A model generated the notes under the pieces. It was not told the DNA's origin, did no database searches, and saw only the letters and a list, made by a program, of their open reading frames with translations. Made by a program: the position numbers and the translations under genes. From Chitinophagales bacterium (GTDB taxonomy: Bacteria; Bacteroidota; Bacteroidia; Chitinophagales; JADJOU01), in the NCBI GenBank assembly GCA_025455685.1, contig JALOMB010000003.1, positions 1 to 59,731 on the forward strand: a stretch of 59,731 nucleotides of DNA. Direction: 5' to 3'. This document shows positions 19,723-30,145 of this stretch, in pieces (position 1 is the stretch's first letter; each line of letters begins with the position of its first letter).

Positions 19723-21273
19723 ATGAATACAGCACAATTTAATAATAACTTTACAGATAGTTTTTCTACAAATACTTCATTTGATAATCGTCCAAGATTT
19801 CTCTCAGAAGTAAATGCCTTAGTAAATCCTGAAGATTTTCCAAATTCTAAATTGCTTTATTTTAATAACACGCTAGCACACACACTTGGAATTTCTCAAT
19901 ACACTAAAACCCCAGAAGATCAACTAGCGCTTTTGATTGGAAAAAATAAAATGATTTCAACCAAGCCTTATGCGACTAATTATTGTGGACATCAATTTGG
20001 CTCTTGGGCTGGCCAATTAGGTGATGGTAGAGCAATTTGTATCGCAGATCTAACTGTCGCCGACGAAATTTATAGCATACAGCTAAAAGGAAGCGGATTG
20101 ACTCCATTTTCACGAAGGGGAGATGGTAGAGCTGTACTTCGTTCTACGATTCGTGAAGCCTTAATACAAGAGTATTTTCATGCCTTAAATATTCCTACTA
20201 CCCGAACCCTAGCTCTAGGATTGACAGGAGAAAAAGTAACTAGAGATATGTTTTATGATGGCAATTTGAAATTGGAGTCAGGGGCTATTTTGGCTAGAGT
20301 AAGTCCAAGTTTTATTAGGTTTGGTCACTTTGAATGTTTGGCTAGCAAAAAAGATTTTGTGCAATTAAAAAAGCTATGGGATTATATCAAAATTAATTTT
20401 TATCATAATCAATATTCAAGTGCTATTCCTTCTGATGAAATGTTTTTTGAAGCACTTTGTACTAAGACACTTGAGTTAATCGATCAATGGATGAATTTAG
20501 GCTGGGTTCATGGCGTATTGAATAGTGACAACATGTCTATGCTGGGTTTGAGTATCGATTTTGGACCTTTTGGTTTTATGGGTGCTTATGATCCGAAATT
20601 TACCCCAAATTGGACAGACAGCGCACAAGGGCTTTATCGATTTGAAAATCAATACATCATCGCTTTTAAGAATTTGCTATATTTAGCTAATGCCATAGTT
20701 CCAATTTTTGGCGCTCCTAAGCCGATCGAAGATATACTCTATAACGCTTTCGAAAATCAACTAAATCATCGATACGAGCAAATTGTATGGCGAAAATTAG
20801 GCCTTGCAAATGATTCTTTTGATGTGACTTTGACACATAAAATCCTATCAATGATGGCTGAATTTCAGCTAGATTTTACGTTGTTTTTTAGATATATTTC
20901 TTGTATTGTTTGTCAGAAAAAGGAATATGCTCTAGAAGACATATCAAACCTGACCCATGTAGCTTTAACGGATGAGCAGCTTCAAAGCATTGATAATACT
21001 ATGAAATTTTACCTAACTCAACTTAACCTTATAGATAAAACTAAAGCTATGACGCAGGTTATTCAGTATAATCCCGAATTCATACCAGATAATGAATGGC
21101 TTTTTACAATAATTCAAGAAGTAGAACATAAAAATTTCAATTCCTTAGATGAGGCTTTCCACATTGTATCACATCCAAGACAAGCCTTGGAAATTAATAA
21201 AAATTTTTTTAGTAAAAAAAAATCTAAACTTCCTAATCCCTTGGGAATTCATGTTTTGTCCTGTAGCTCTTAA
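19723..21273 (+). CDS. selO: protein adenylyltransferase SelO/YdiU
   Basis: GHQFG..AGQLGDGRA, QLKGSG.TPFSRRGDGRAVLRS, HGVLNSDN, IDFGPFGF, C-terminal LSCSS; the start at 19723 follows a TACTTTTA promoter-like motif. Confidence 0.93.
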   Translation: MNTAQFNNNFTDSFSTNTSFDNRPRFLSEVNALVNPEDFPNSKLLYFNNTLAHTLGISQYTKTPEDQLALLIGKNKMISTKPYATNYCGHQFGSWAGQLGDGRAICIADLTVADEIYSIQLKGSGLTPFSRRGDGRAVLRSTIREALIQEYFHALNIPTTRTLALGLTGEKVTRDMFYDGNLKLESGAILARVSPSFIRFGHFECLASKKDFVQLKKLWDYIKINFYHNQYSSAIPSDEMFFEALCTKTLELIDQWMNLGWVHGVLNSDNMSMLGLSIDFGPFGFMGAYDPKFTPNWTDSAQGLYRFENQYIIAFKNLLYLANAIVPIFGAPKPIEDILYNAFENQLNHRYEQIVWRKLGLANDSFDVTLTHKILSMMAEFQLDFTLFFRYISCIVCQKKEYALEDISNLTHVALTDEQLQSIDNTMKFYLTQLNLIDKTKAMTQVIQYNPEFIPDNEWLFTIIQEVEHKNFNSLDEAFHIVSHPRQALEINKNFFSKKKSKLPNPLGIHVLSCSS

Positions 21274-21305
21274 TAAAACTATAGTGTTTTTTTCAAAAAA
21301 ATACC

Positions 21306-21334
21306 TTTGAATTAAAAAAAATATTCTATCTTTG
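21306..21334 (+). promoter_or_regulatory. Bacteroidota sigma-A promoter of the tRNA-tuf operon
   Basis: TTTG at 21306-21309 and TATCTTTG at 21327-21334. Confidence 0.65.
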
Positions 21335-21430
21335 CAAACCTTTTGATGTTGAAAAGTTTTAAATCAAGTAAATCGTTTTAAGTTTCAATGTTTTAAGGGA
21401 GTTTATCAAGGGTGATAAACGAAACATATT

Positions 21431-21442
21431 TGTTCTTTGACA
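21431..21442 (+). promoter_or_regulatory. boxA-like antitermination element
   Basis: TGTTCTTTGACA, close to rrn boxA TGCTCTTTAACA, about 50 nt before the first tRNA. Confidence 0.65.
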
Positions 21443-21490
21443 TTAGTATGGTATATAGAAGTGTTCAAAATGATTTGAATTATTTAAATT

Positions 21491-21563
21491 GCCGAAGTAG
21501 CTCAGTTGGTAGAGCAGCTGATTTGTAATCAGCAGGTCGGGGGTTCAAGTCCCTTCTTCGGCT
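21491..21563 (+). tRNA. tRNA-Thr(TGT)
   Basis: GCCGAAG/CTTCGGC acceptor stem, anticodon arm CTGAT-TTGTAA-TCAG region, GTTCAA T-loop; CCA not encoded. Confidence 0.97.
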
Positions 21564-21573
21564 CTTGTTTCTA

Positions 21574-21654
21574 GGGTAGTTACCAGAGTGGCCAAATGGG
21601 GCAGACTGTAAATCTGCTGCGAAAGCTTCGGTGGTTCGAATCCATCACTACCCA
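21574..21654 (+). tRNA. tRNA-Tyr(GTA)
   Basis: GGGTAGT/ACTACCC acceptor stem, GCAGA-CTGTAAA-TCTGC anticodon arm, long variable arm. Confidence 0.97.
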
Positions 21655-21685
21655 CTTTATACAAACTAATGTTTTAATACAGCAT

Positions 21686-21758
21686 GCGGAAGTAGCTCAG
21701 TTGGTAGAGCATCAGCCTTCCAAGCTGAGGGTCGCGGGTTCGAGTCTCGTCTTCCGCT
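21686..21758 (+). tRNA. tRNA-Gly(TCC)
   Basis: GCGGAAG/CTTCCGC acceptor stem, TCC anticodon, GTTCGA T-loop. Confidence 0.97.
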
Positions 21759-21780
21759 CATTTTAGTTAGCAATATGATG

Positions 21781-21811
21781 ATGATGTATCTCTAGATACA
21801 TTATTTTTTTT
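21781..21811 (+). terminator. terminator-like hairpin inside the tRNA cluster
   Basis: ATGATGTATC-tcta-GATACATTAT followed by a T run. Confidence 0.5.
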
Positions 21812-21818
21812 ATTTCTA

Positions 21819-21890
<72 letters not shown>

Positions 21891-21998
21891 CTACTAAGTG
21901 TCATTTAATGCAAAATAGCATAGACTAATACTAATAAAATTAAAAAAACTAATAAAAACAATTAAACAAATTAATTATAAACCCAAAAATCTAATAAA

Positions 21999-23195
21999 AT
22001 GGCAAAAGAACAATTTATTAAAACCAAGCCTCACGTCAATGTAGGAACTATTGGACACGTAGACCACGGTAAAACTACACTTACAGCTGCAATTACTTCG
22101 GTTTTAGCTTCAAAAGGTCTCGCACAGAAAAAAGATTATGATTCCATTGATGCTGCTCCAGAAGAAAAAGAAAGAGGTATCACTATTAATACGGCTCACG
22201 TAGAGTATGAAACAGAGACAAGACATTATGCTCACGTAGATTGTCCAGGTCACGCGGATTATATCAAAAACATGATTACAGGAGCTGCTCAGATGGACGG
22301 AGCTATCTTAGTAATCGCTGCTCCAGATGGACCAATGCAACAAACTAGAGAGCATATTCTTTTGGCAAGACAAGTTGGTGTGCCTAGAATTGTAGTCTTT
22401 TTAAATAAAGTTGATTTAGTCGATGATCCAGATATGATCGAGCTAGTAGAAATGGAAGTTAGAGAATTATTGAGCAAGTATCAATATGATGGTGATAATA
22501 CCCCAATAGTTAAAGGTTCTGCATATAAAGCATCTCAAGGCGATCCAGATTCAGTTAAGGCTATCGAGGAATTAATGGCTACAGTAGATGAATATATTCC
22601 ACTTCCACCTAGACCAATTGATCAACCGTTCTTATTGCCTGTTGAAGATGTATTTTCAATAACAGGTAGAGGTACAGTAGCTACAGGTAGAATTGAAAGA
22701 GGAATCGTAAAATCAGGTGAAGATGTAGAAATTGTAGGCTTGATGAAAGAAGGTGAAAAACCAATGACTACCGCTGTAACTGGTGTAGAGATGTTTAGAA
22801 AAATCCTTGATACAGGAGAAGCTGGTGAAAACGTAGGTTTATTGCTTAGAGGTGTTAAAAAAGAAGACATCAAAAGAGGTCAAGTAATCTGTAAACCAGG
22901 TTCTATTACACCTCATACTGAATTCAAATGTGAAGTCTATATCTTATCAAAAGATGAAGGTGGTCGTCACACGCCATTCATGAACAAATACAGACCACAG
23001 TTCTATTTGAGAACCACTGACGTCACAGGAGAAATCACATTGCCAGAAAACAAACAAATGGTAATTCCAGGTGAAAATCTTACCTTGACAGTTAAATTGA
23101 TTTATCCAGTTGCGTTAGAAAAAGGTCTTCGTTTTGCTATCCGTGAAGGTGGTAGAACTGTAGGTGCAGGTCAGGTGACTGAAATTATCAAGTAA
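21999..23195 (+). CDS. tuf: elongation factor Tu
   Basis: [35 protein letters not shown]. Confidence 0.99.
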   Translation: MAKEQFIKTKPHVNVGTIGHVDHGKTTLTAAITSVLASKGLAQKKDYDSIDAAPEEKERGITINTAHVEYETETRHYAHVDCPGHADYIKNMITGAAQMDGAILVIAAPDGPMQQTREHILLARQVGVPRIVVFLNKVDLVDDPDMIELVEMEVRELLSKYQYDGDNTPIVKGSAYKASQGDPDSVKAIEELMATVDEYIPLPPRPIDQPFLLPVEDVFSITGRGTVATGRIERGIVKSGEDVEIVGLMKEGEKPMTTAVTGVEMFRKILDTGEAGENVGLLLRGVKKEDIKRGQVICKPGSITPHTEFKCEVYILSKDEGGRHTPFMNKYRPQFYLRTTDVTGEITLPENKQMVIPGENLTLTVKLIYPVALEKGLRFAIREGGRTVGAGQVTEIIK

Positions 23196-23213
23196 ATCAA
23201 AATCATGTACTAG

Positions 23214-23243
23214 AAGGGATAGTTAATTTAACTCTCCCTTTTA
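23214..23243 (+). terminator. hairpin between tuf and tRNA-Trp
   Basis: AAGGGATAGTTAA/TTAACTCTCCCTT imperfect stem followed by a short T run. Confidence 0.45.
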
Positions 23244-23245
23244 TT

Positions 23246-23318
23246 ACGGGTGTAGCTCAGTTGGTAGAGCGAAGGTCTCCAAAACCTTAGGCCGTGGGTT
23301 CGAGCCCTACCGCCCGTG
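23246..23318 (+). tRNA. tRNA-Trp(CCA)
   Basis: ACGGGTG/CGCCCGT acceptor stem, AAGGT-CTCCAAA-ACCTT anticodon arm; canonical position between tuf and secE. Confidence 0.96.
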
Positions 23319-23349
23319 CTAATTATTAAATCAATAATCATAAAGAATT

Positions 23350-23544
23350 ATGAATAAAGTCATAGATTATTTTAGAGATTCATATATAGAACTTACACAG
23401 CATGTAACTTGGACAAATTGGACAGAATTACAGCGATTGACCTTTATTGTAATCATGTCTTTGATCATAATATCTTTAGTAATTTTGTTGATGGATTATA
23501 TCAGTAGCGGATTCCTAATCAAAGTAATTTACAACAATCTGTAA
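23350..23544 (+). CDS. secE: preprotein translocase subunit SecE
   Basis: EL..HVTW motif plus a single TM; synteny. Confidence 0.92.
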   Translation: MNKVIDYFRDSYIELTQHVTWTNWTELQRLTFIVIMSLIIISLVILLMDYISSGFLIKVIYNNL

Positions 23545-23567
23545 CTAATAGTTATAATTAATCGAGC

Positions 23568-24116
23568 ATGAACGAACACATAAAATGGTATGTTTTAAAA
23601 GTAATTTCAGGACAAGAGTTCAAAGCTAAGGCAGCAATTGAACTCGAAATCCTTCATAATAAATGGGAAAATATTATTTTTGAAATTTTAGTTCCAACAG
23701 AAAAAGTATATAAAATTCGAGCAGGTAAGAAATATATCAAAGACAAAACCTTATTTCCAGGCTATATTTATCTAGAAGTAAATGAAAAGCTCTTTACAAC
23801 GGAAATGATTTCGACGCTAAGAGGCATTACATCTATTATAAATTTCTTAGGAGGAAATCAACCACAAACCCTTAGACCGGCTGAAATCCAAAAACTACTT
23901 GGTAAAATTGACGAAGGTATGGAAGGTGGTGAAATGCAAATTGATCCGTTTATTATTAATGAATCTGTTAAAATTGTAGATGGGCCATTTAATGATTTCA
24001 TTGGAAGTATTCAAGAAATTAACGAAGATAAGCGCAAGTTAAAAGTCGTGGTAATGATTTTTGGTAGAAAACAACCTGTAGAAGTAGGTTATTCACAAGT
24101 AGTAAAAATTCAATAA
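23568..24116 (+). CDS. nusG: transcription termination/antitermination factor NusG
   Basis: KWYVL..ISGQE, LFPGYI, KOW motif VKIVDGPFNDFIG, IFGR. Confidence 0.97.
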   Translation: MNEHIKWYVLKVISGQEFKAKAAIELEILHNKWENIIFEILVPTEKVYKIRAGKKYIKDKTLFPGYIYLEVNEKLFTTEMISTLRGITSIINFLGGNQPQTLRPAEIQKLLGKIDEGMEGGEMQIDPFIINESVKIVDGPFNDFIGSIQEINEDKRKLKVVVMIFGRKQPVEVGYSQVVKIQ

Positions 24117-24137
24117 AAAAATTAATTTATATATATT

Positions 24138-24575
24138 ATGGCAAGAGAAATAGAAACCTATGTCAAACTTCAAGTAAAAGGTGGCCAAGCCAATCCTGCA
24201 CCTCCAATTGGTCCAGCTTTAGGTTCAAAAGGAGTTAATATTATGGAGTTTTGTAAACAATTTAATGCAAGGTCTCAAGATAAAATGGGTCAAGTTTTGC
24301 CTGTTTTGCTTACTGTGTATAAAGACAAATCTTTTGATTTCGTAATTAAAACACCTCCAGCGCCTGTTTTATTGTTAGAAGCTGCTAAAGCTAAAACAGG
24401 TTCTAAGGAATCAAACCGAATCAAAATTGGTAAGGTTACTTGGGACGACATTAGAAGAATTGCAGAGATAAAAATGCCAGATCTAAATTGCTTTACCCTC
24501 GAAGCAGCCATGTCAATGGTGGCAGGTTCTGCTAGAAGTCTAGGTATCACTATCACTGGAGAAAAACCATTTTAA
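24138..24575 (+). CDS. rplK: 50S ribosomal protein L11
   Basis: [23 protein letters not shown]. Confidence 0.99.
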   Translation: MAREIETYVKLQVKGGQANPAPPIGPALGSKGVNIMEFCKQFNARSQDKMGQVLPVLLTVYKDKSFDFVIKTPPAPVLLLEAAKAKTGSKESNRIKIGKVTWDDIRRIAEIKMPDLNCFTLEAAMSMVAGSARSLGITITGEKPF

Positions 24576-24596
24576 TTCACAATAAAAATTATCATC

Positions 24597-25292
24597 GTGG
24601 CAAAAGTAAATAAAAAAAGAAGTCAAGTCAATCAACTTTTGGATAAAAATAAAGCCTATTCCTTAGAAGAAGCAAGTCAATTAGTCAAACAGATTAACAC
24701 GACTAAGTTTGATGCATCAGTTGATTTACATGTAAGACTTGGCGTAGATCCAAGAAAAGCAGACCAAGCGCTCAGAGGAACCGTATCGCTTCCAAACGGT
24801 TCTGGGAAAACCAAAACGGTGCTCGTATTTTGTAAACCTGAAAAAGAAGCTGAAGCCAAAGCGGCAGGTGCTGACTATGTAGGGTTAGAAGAATTCATCA
24901 CCAAAATAGAACAAGGATGGACAGATATTGATGTTATCATCTCTACACCTGATGTTATGGCTATGATTGCCAAGCTAGGTAGAGTTCTCGGTCCTCGTAA
25001 CCTTATGCCAAATCCAAAGTCAGGTACTGTTACAACTGACGTAGGTAAAGCTGTAGAAGAAGTCAAAAAAGGTAAGATTTCTTTTAGAGTTGATAAATTT
25101 GGTATTGTTCACTCTTCTATTGGTAGAATTTCATTTACTCCAGATCAAATCAAACAAAATGCAGAAGAGTTTCTTCAGACCTTAGTCAAAATGAAGCCAT
25201 CATCTGCAAAAGGAGTTTACATGAAATCTATCTCTATGGCTACTACCATGAGTCCTGGACTAAATATTGACACCAAAACAATAAGCCAATAG
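24597..25292 (+). CDS. rplA: 50S ribosomal protein L1 (GTG start)
   Basis: [26 protein letters not shown]. Confidence 0.99.
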   Translation: MAKVNKKRSQVNQLLDKNKAYSLEEASQLVKQINTTKFDASVDLHVRLGVDPRKADQALRGTVSLPNGSGKTKTVLVFCKPEKEAEAKAAGADYVGLEEFITKIEQGWTDIDVIISTPDVMAMIAKLGRVLGPRNLMPNPKSGTVTTDVGKAVEEVKKGKISFRVDKFGIVHSSIGRISFTPDQIKQNAEEFLQTLVKMKPSSAKGVYMKSISMATTMSPGLNIDTKTISQ

Positions 25293-25294
25293 TT

Positions 25295-25813
25295 ATGAAA
25301 AAACACGAAAAACAAGAATTAATCGACAATTTGGCCAAAAGATTTGAAGAGGCTCAGTATTTTTACTTCATCGATGAATCCACGTTAAATGCAGCGCAAA
25401 CTTCTTCGCTAAGAAGAAAAGCCTTTGAAAGTGAAATTCAATATTCTGTAGTTAAAAATACTTTGATCAAAAAAGCCCTAGAAAAAAGCAATAAAGGCTC
25501 TGAAGAGTTATATTCTGTGCTCAAAGGCCCTACTGCTGTATTCTTTTCTTCTTCTTCTAATGCTATAGCTAAGATGATTAAAGAATACCGGAAAGAAAAA
25601 GCTAAACCCGAACTTAAGGCAGCTTATATAGATTCTGATATTTTTGTAGGTGATGACCAACTCAAATCACTCATTAACCTCAAGTCTAAAAACGAATTAA
25701 TAGGAGAGATTATCGGCTTGCTTCAATCTCCAATCAAAAATGTCGTATCTGGTTTGCAAAACGAATCAGGCCAAAAAATAGCATCTTTGCTAAAATCAAT
25801 TGAAAACAAATAA
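25295..25813 (+). CDS. rplJ: 50S ribosomal protein L10
   Basis: VVKNTLI, LKGPTA; synteny. Confidence 0.96.
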   Translation: MKKHEKQELIDNLAKRFEEAQYFYFIDESTLNAAQTSSLRRKAFESEIQYSVVKNTLIKKALEKSNKGSEELYSVLKGPTAVFFSSSSNAIAKMIKEYRKEKAKPELKAAYIDSDIFVGDDQLKSLINLKSKNELIGEIIGLLQSPIKNVVSGLQNESGQKIASLLKSIENK

Positions 25814-25845
25814 AAAACTTTTTTAAAATTAAAAATCAAATAATC

Positions 25846-26226
25846 ATGGCAGATTTAAAACAATTAGCAGACAATTTAGTAAACTTAACAGTAAAAGAAG
25901 TTCAAGAGTTAGCACAAATCCTAAAAGATGAGCATGGTATAGAGCCAGCTGCTGCAGCTCCTGTAATGATGGCAGCTCCAGCAGGAGGTGAAGCATCAGG
26001 TGGCGAAGTAGAAAAATCATCTTATGATGTCGTATTGACTGGAGCCGGAGCTACAAAAATGAATGTAATCAAAGCTGTGAACACATTGACAAATCTCGGT
26101 CTAAAAGAATCTAAAGACCTAGTAGATAATGCACCAAAAGCAGTATTGTCAGGTGTATCAAAAGCAGATGCAGAAAATGCTAAAGCTGCATTAGAAGAAG
26201 CTGGAGCTACTGTCGAGTTGAAGTAA
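25846..26226 (+). CDS. rplL: 50S ribosomal protein L7/L12
   Basis: Ala-rich hinge, [25 protein letters not shown]. Confidence 0.99.
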   Translation: MADLKQLADNLVNLTVKEVQELAQILKDEHGIEPAAAAPVMMAAPAGGEASGGEVEKSSYDVVLTGAGATKMNVIKAVNTLTNLGLKESKDLVDNAPKAVLSGVSKADAENAKAALEEAGATVELK

Positions 26227-26248
26227 TTCATTGCTCTATGAGAATTAT

Positions 26249-26279
26249 GGTCTGCACTTTACACGATAAAGTGCAGACC
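26249..26279 (+). terminator. strong hairpin (attenuator or processing site) between rplL and rpoB
   Basis: GGTCTGCACTTTA-cacga-TAAAGTGCAGACC, a perfect 13-bp stem with a weak U tract. Confidence 0.6.
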
Positions 26280-26321
26280 TATTATAGTTTATATTCGTTT
26301 TATCAAATTTAATGTGCAACT

Positions 26322-29300
26322 ATGCAACAAACAAACTCTGCTCAAAGAATTAATTTTGGAAAAGTAAAAGTACAGCCAGAATTTATTAATCTTTTAGATA
26401 TTCAAAAAGAAAGCTTCAAGGAGTTTTTTCAAATTGATACCCCACAAGACCAAAAACATAAAGAAGCCCTATATGGTGTCTTTCAGGAAAATTTCCCAAT
26501 TTCAGATGCCAGAAATATGTTTCATCTAGAATTTCTAGAATATTTTCTAGACTCTCCTAGATATACTGTAGATGAATGCGTAGAAAGAGGGCTTACTTAT
26601 TCTGCTCAACTCAAAGCCAAAATGCGTTTATCATGTAATGATGAAGAGTTGACAGATTTCAAAACCATAACGCAAGAAGTATATTTAGGTTCTATACCCT
26701 ATATGACTTCAAAAGGTACGTTTATTATTAATGGTGCGGAGCGCGTTATAGTGACGCAACTTCATAGATCTCCTTCTGTGTTTTTTGGAGAGAGTTTCCA
26801 TCCTAATGGCTCAATGATTTATTCAGCAAGAGTAATACCGTTTAAAGGAGCTTGGATGGAGTTCGCTACAGACATCAATAATGTCATGTATGCTTATATA
26901 GATAGAAAGAAAAAGTTCCCTGTATCTATGTTACTTAGAGCTATTGGCTATGATACAGATAAAGATATTTTGGATTTATTCCAAGTAGCAGAAGAAGTCA
27001 AAATTTCCAAATCAAGTTTACCAAATTATTATGGACGTAAGTTAGCTGCTAGGCTCCTAAAAACTTGGATTGAGGATTTCGTCGACGAGGATACTGGAGA
27101 AGTAGTCTCTATCGAAAGAAATGAAGTCATTTTAGAAAGAGATACCGTAATTTCAGAAGAAATCACAGATAAAATTATCGATTCTAAAGCAACTCATTTA
27201 ATTCTTCAAAAAGAACATGGAGATATTGATTATTCAATAATCTTCAACACCCTTAATAAAGATACTTCAAATTCAGAGCGGGAAGCACTAACTACGATTT
27301 ATCGTCATATTCGAGGTGTAGAAGCACCAGATGATGAGACAGCAAAAGACGTGATTGACAAATTGTTTTTCTCTGATAAAAGATATGACTTAGGAGAAGT
27401 TGGACGACATAAAATTAATCAAAAACTAGGTACGAATATTCCTAAAGATGTTTATGTTTTGACTAAAGAAGACATTGTAGCGATCGTAAAACATGTCGTG
27501 ATGCTCGTAAATGGAAAAGCTGAAGTCGATGACATAGATCATTTGAGCAATCGTAGAGTTAGAACTGTAGGAGAGCAGCTTTATGCCCAATTCAGTTTAG
27601 GTCTTCAGAGACTGAGTCGAACAATTAAAGAAAGAATGAACCAAAGAGACAATGAAGTCTTTACCCCTACAGATTTAATTAATGCACGTTCCTTAAATTC
27701 TGTGATTAATTCGTTTTTTGGTACTTCGCAGCTATCTCAATTCCTAGATCAAACAAATCCATTGTCTGAAATTACCAATAAAAGAAGAATTTCTGCTTTA
27801 GGTCCAGGTGGTTTATCGAGAGAGAGAGCAGGGTTTGAGGTTCGAGATGTTCACTATTCTCATTATGGTCGTCTTTGTACGATTGAAACCCCAGAAGGGC
27901 CCAATATCGGTCTAATTTCTACCTTATGTTGCTATGCCAAAATAAACCATAGAGGTTTTATCGAAACCCCTTACATTAAAGTAAACAAAGGTGTCGTCGA
28001 TCAAAGCATGACACCAATCTATATGTCAGCTGAAGAAGAAGATAAATATATTATAGCCCAAGCTAAAACAGATATTGATGCCAAAGGTAAACTAACTTCT
28101 GAGAGTTTCGTCGCGAGAAAACAAGGAGATTTCCCAATGGTTTCAGCTGAGGATATTGAATATATTGATATCGCTCCTAATCAAATATTGGGTGTTTCTG
28201 CATCATTAATTCCATTTCTCGAGCATGATGATGCTAATAGAGCTCTTATGGGATCCAACATGCAACGTCAAGCAGTACCACTTATTAAACCTCAATCACC
28301 TATTGTAGGTACAGGTTTTGAAGCAATAGTTGCTCAAGATTCCATGAACTTGATTAATGCTGAAGCCGACGGTGAAGTTGTGTATGTCGATTCCGAAAGA
28401 ATAGATGTACGCTATGACATGTCAGAAGACCAGGTTTTATGTTCATTTAACTCTGAGATTAGTACCTATAAACTTCAGAAGTTTTCAAGAACCAATCAAG
28501 GAACGTGTATTAACTTAAAACCAATAGTGACTAAAGGTCAGAGAGTATCTAAGGGTCAAGTGCTTTGTGAAGGGTTTGCTACAAATCAAGGCGAATTAGC
28601 CTTAGGTCAAAATCTAAAAGTTGCCTTTATGCCATGGAAAGGTTATAACTTCGAGGATGCGATAGTAATTTCTGAACGTGTCATCAAAGAAGACGTATTT
28701 ACTTCCATTCATATCGAAGAATATGACTTAGAAGTTAGAGACACGAAACTTGGAGAAGAAGAGTTAACCTCTGATATCCCGAATGTAAGTGAAGACGCTA
28801 CTAAAGATCTTAATATAAATGGGGTAATTAGAATAGGAGCTCGGGTAAAAGAAGGAGATATTTTGGTCGGAAAAGTCACGCCAAAAGGGGAAACAGACCC
28901 AACGCCAGAGGAAAAATTACTTAGAGCAATCTTCGGTGACAAAGCTGGTGATGTCAAAGACGCATCGCTCAAAGCACCTCCAAGTACCGAAGGTATAGTC
29001 ATCAATACCAAAATATTTAGAAAAGTTAAAAAAGATTCTAAGAAAAAGTCTAATGAAAATACTCAATTAGACGAATTAGAAGCTAAATATGCCGCAGATG
29101 AAAGTAATCTTAAAAATCATCTCGTTGATAAACTTCAATTGCTTATCAATAAATCTAAATTCAGAGGAATCAAAAATATTCATGGTGATGAGGAAATACC
29201 TAAATCAACTAAACTCTCTTCCAAAGTTCTCTCAAGCCTTAACTTCAAAGAAATTGATACGACGAATTGGACTGAAGATACACAAATAAATACTTTGATA

Positions 29301-30128
29301 CAAAAAGTTATCCATAATTATCAACTCAAACTCAATGAAATTACAGGATATTATAAAAGAGACAAGTATAATTTAACGATTGGAGATGAATTACCTAATG
29401 GTGTTCTTCAACTCGCTAAGGTTCAATTAGCAGTCAAAAGAAAACTTAAAGTAGGAGATAAACTCGCTGGTCGCCATGGTAATAAAGGTATTGTGGCGAA
29501 AATAGTCAAAGAAGAAGATATGCCATTCCTCGATAATGGTGAGCCAATTGATATTGTATTAAATCCACTTGGCGTTCCTTCTCGTATGAACTTAGGTCAG
29601 GTTTATGAAACCGTCTTAGGCTGGGCTGGAAAAGAACTTGGCGTTAAATTCGCTACACCAGTCTTAGATGGAGCAAGTATGACAGAAATCAAAGAGTGGA
29701 TGAATAAGGCAAATTTGCCTTATCTAGGTTCGTCTTATCTCTATGATGGAGAAACGGGTGAGCGTTTTATGCAAAAAACAACTGTTGGTGTCATCTACAT
29801 GCTCAAATTAAGCCATATGATCGATGACAAAATGCATGCTCGTTCTACGGGTCCTTATTCTCTCATAACGCAACAACCACTTGGAGGTAAAGCACAATTC
29901 GGAGGTCAAAGATTTGGAGAAATGGAGGTTTGGGCTATAGAAGCATATGGAGCTTCTAATATTCTCAGAGAGCTCATGACTATCAAATCTGATGATATAC
30001 AGGGTAGAGCCAAAGCATATGAGGCAATCGTCAAAGGCGAAAATATTCCACTTTATGGTATTCCGGAATCATTCAATGTATTGGTTCATGAGTTAAGAGG
30101 ACTCGCATTAGACATTAAATTTGATTAA
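26322..30128 (+). CDS. rpoB: RNA polymerase beta subunit
   Basis: [34 protein letters not shown]. Confidence 0.99.
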   Translation: MQQTNSAQRINFGKVKVQPEFINLLDIQKESFKEFFQIDTPQDQKHKEALYGVFQENFPISDARNMFHLEFLEYFLDSPRYTVDECVERGLTYSAQLKAKMRLSCNDEELTDFKTITQEVYLGSIPYMTSKGTFIINGAERVIVTQLHRSPSVFFGESFHPNGSMIYSARVIPFKGAWMEFATDINNVMYAYIDRKKKFPVSMLLRAIGYDTDKDILDLFQVAEEVKISKSSLPNYYGRKLAARLLKTWIEDFVDEDTGEVVSIERNEVILERDTVISEEITDKIIDSKATHLILQKEHGDIDYSIIFNTLNKDTSNSEREALTTIYRHIRGVEAPDDETAKDVIDKLFFSDKRYDLGEVGRHKINQKLGTNIPKDVYVLTKEDIVAIVKHVVMLVNGKAEVDDIDHLSNRRVRTVGEQLYAQFSLGLQRLSRTIKERMNQRDNEVFTPTDLINARSLNSVINSFFGTSQLSQFLDQTNPLSEITNKRRISALGPGGLSRERAGFEVRDVHYSHYGRLCTIETPEGPNIGLISTLCCYAKINHRGFIETPYIKVNKGVVDQSMTPIYMSAEEEDKYIIAQAKTDIDAKGKLTSESFVARKQGDFPMVSAEDIEYIDIAPNQILGVSASLIPFLEHDDANRALMGSNMQRQAVPLIKPQSPIVGTGFEAIVAQDSMNLINAEADGEVVYVDSERIDVRYDMSEDQVLCSFNSEISTYKLQKFSRTNQGTCINLKPIVTKGQRVSKGQVLCEGFATNQGELALGQNLKVAFMPWKGYNFEDAIVISERVIKEDVFTSIHIEEYDLEVRDTKLGEEELTSDIPNVSEDATKDLNINGVIRIGARVKEGDILVGKVTPKGETDPTPEEKLLRAIFGDKAGDVKDASLKAPPSTEGIVINTKIFRKVKKDSKKKSNENTQLDELEAKYAADESNLKNHLVDKLQLLINKSKFRGIKNIHGDEEIPKSTKLSSKVLSSLNFKEIDTTNWTEDTQINTLIQKVIHNYQLKLNEITGYYKRDKYNLTIGDELPNGVLQLAKVQLAVKRKLKVGDKLAGRHGNKGIVAKIVKEEDMPFLDNGEPIDIVLNPLGVPSRMNLGQVYETVLGWAGKELGVKFATPVLDGASMTEIKEWMNKANLPYLGSSYLYDGETGERFMQKTTVGVIYMLKLSHMIDDKMHARSTGPYSLITQQPLGGKAQFGGQRFGEMEVWAIEAYGASNILRELMTIKSDDIQGRAKAYEAIVKGENIPLYGIPESFNVLVHELRGLALDIKFD

Positions 30129-30145
30129 TTTCTTAAATTAAACAC

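Noticed and set aside
21255..21273. Selenocysteine in SelO
   Set aside because: The C-terminus is LSCSS followed by TAA, with no in-frame TGA
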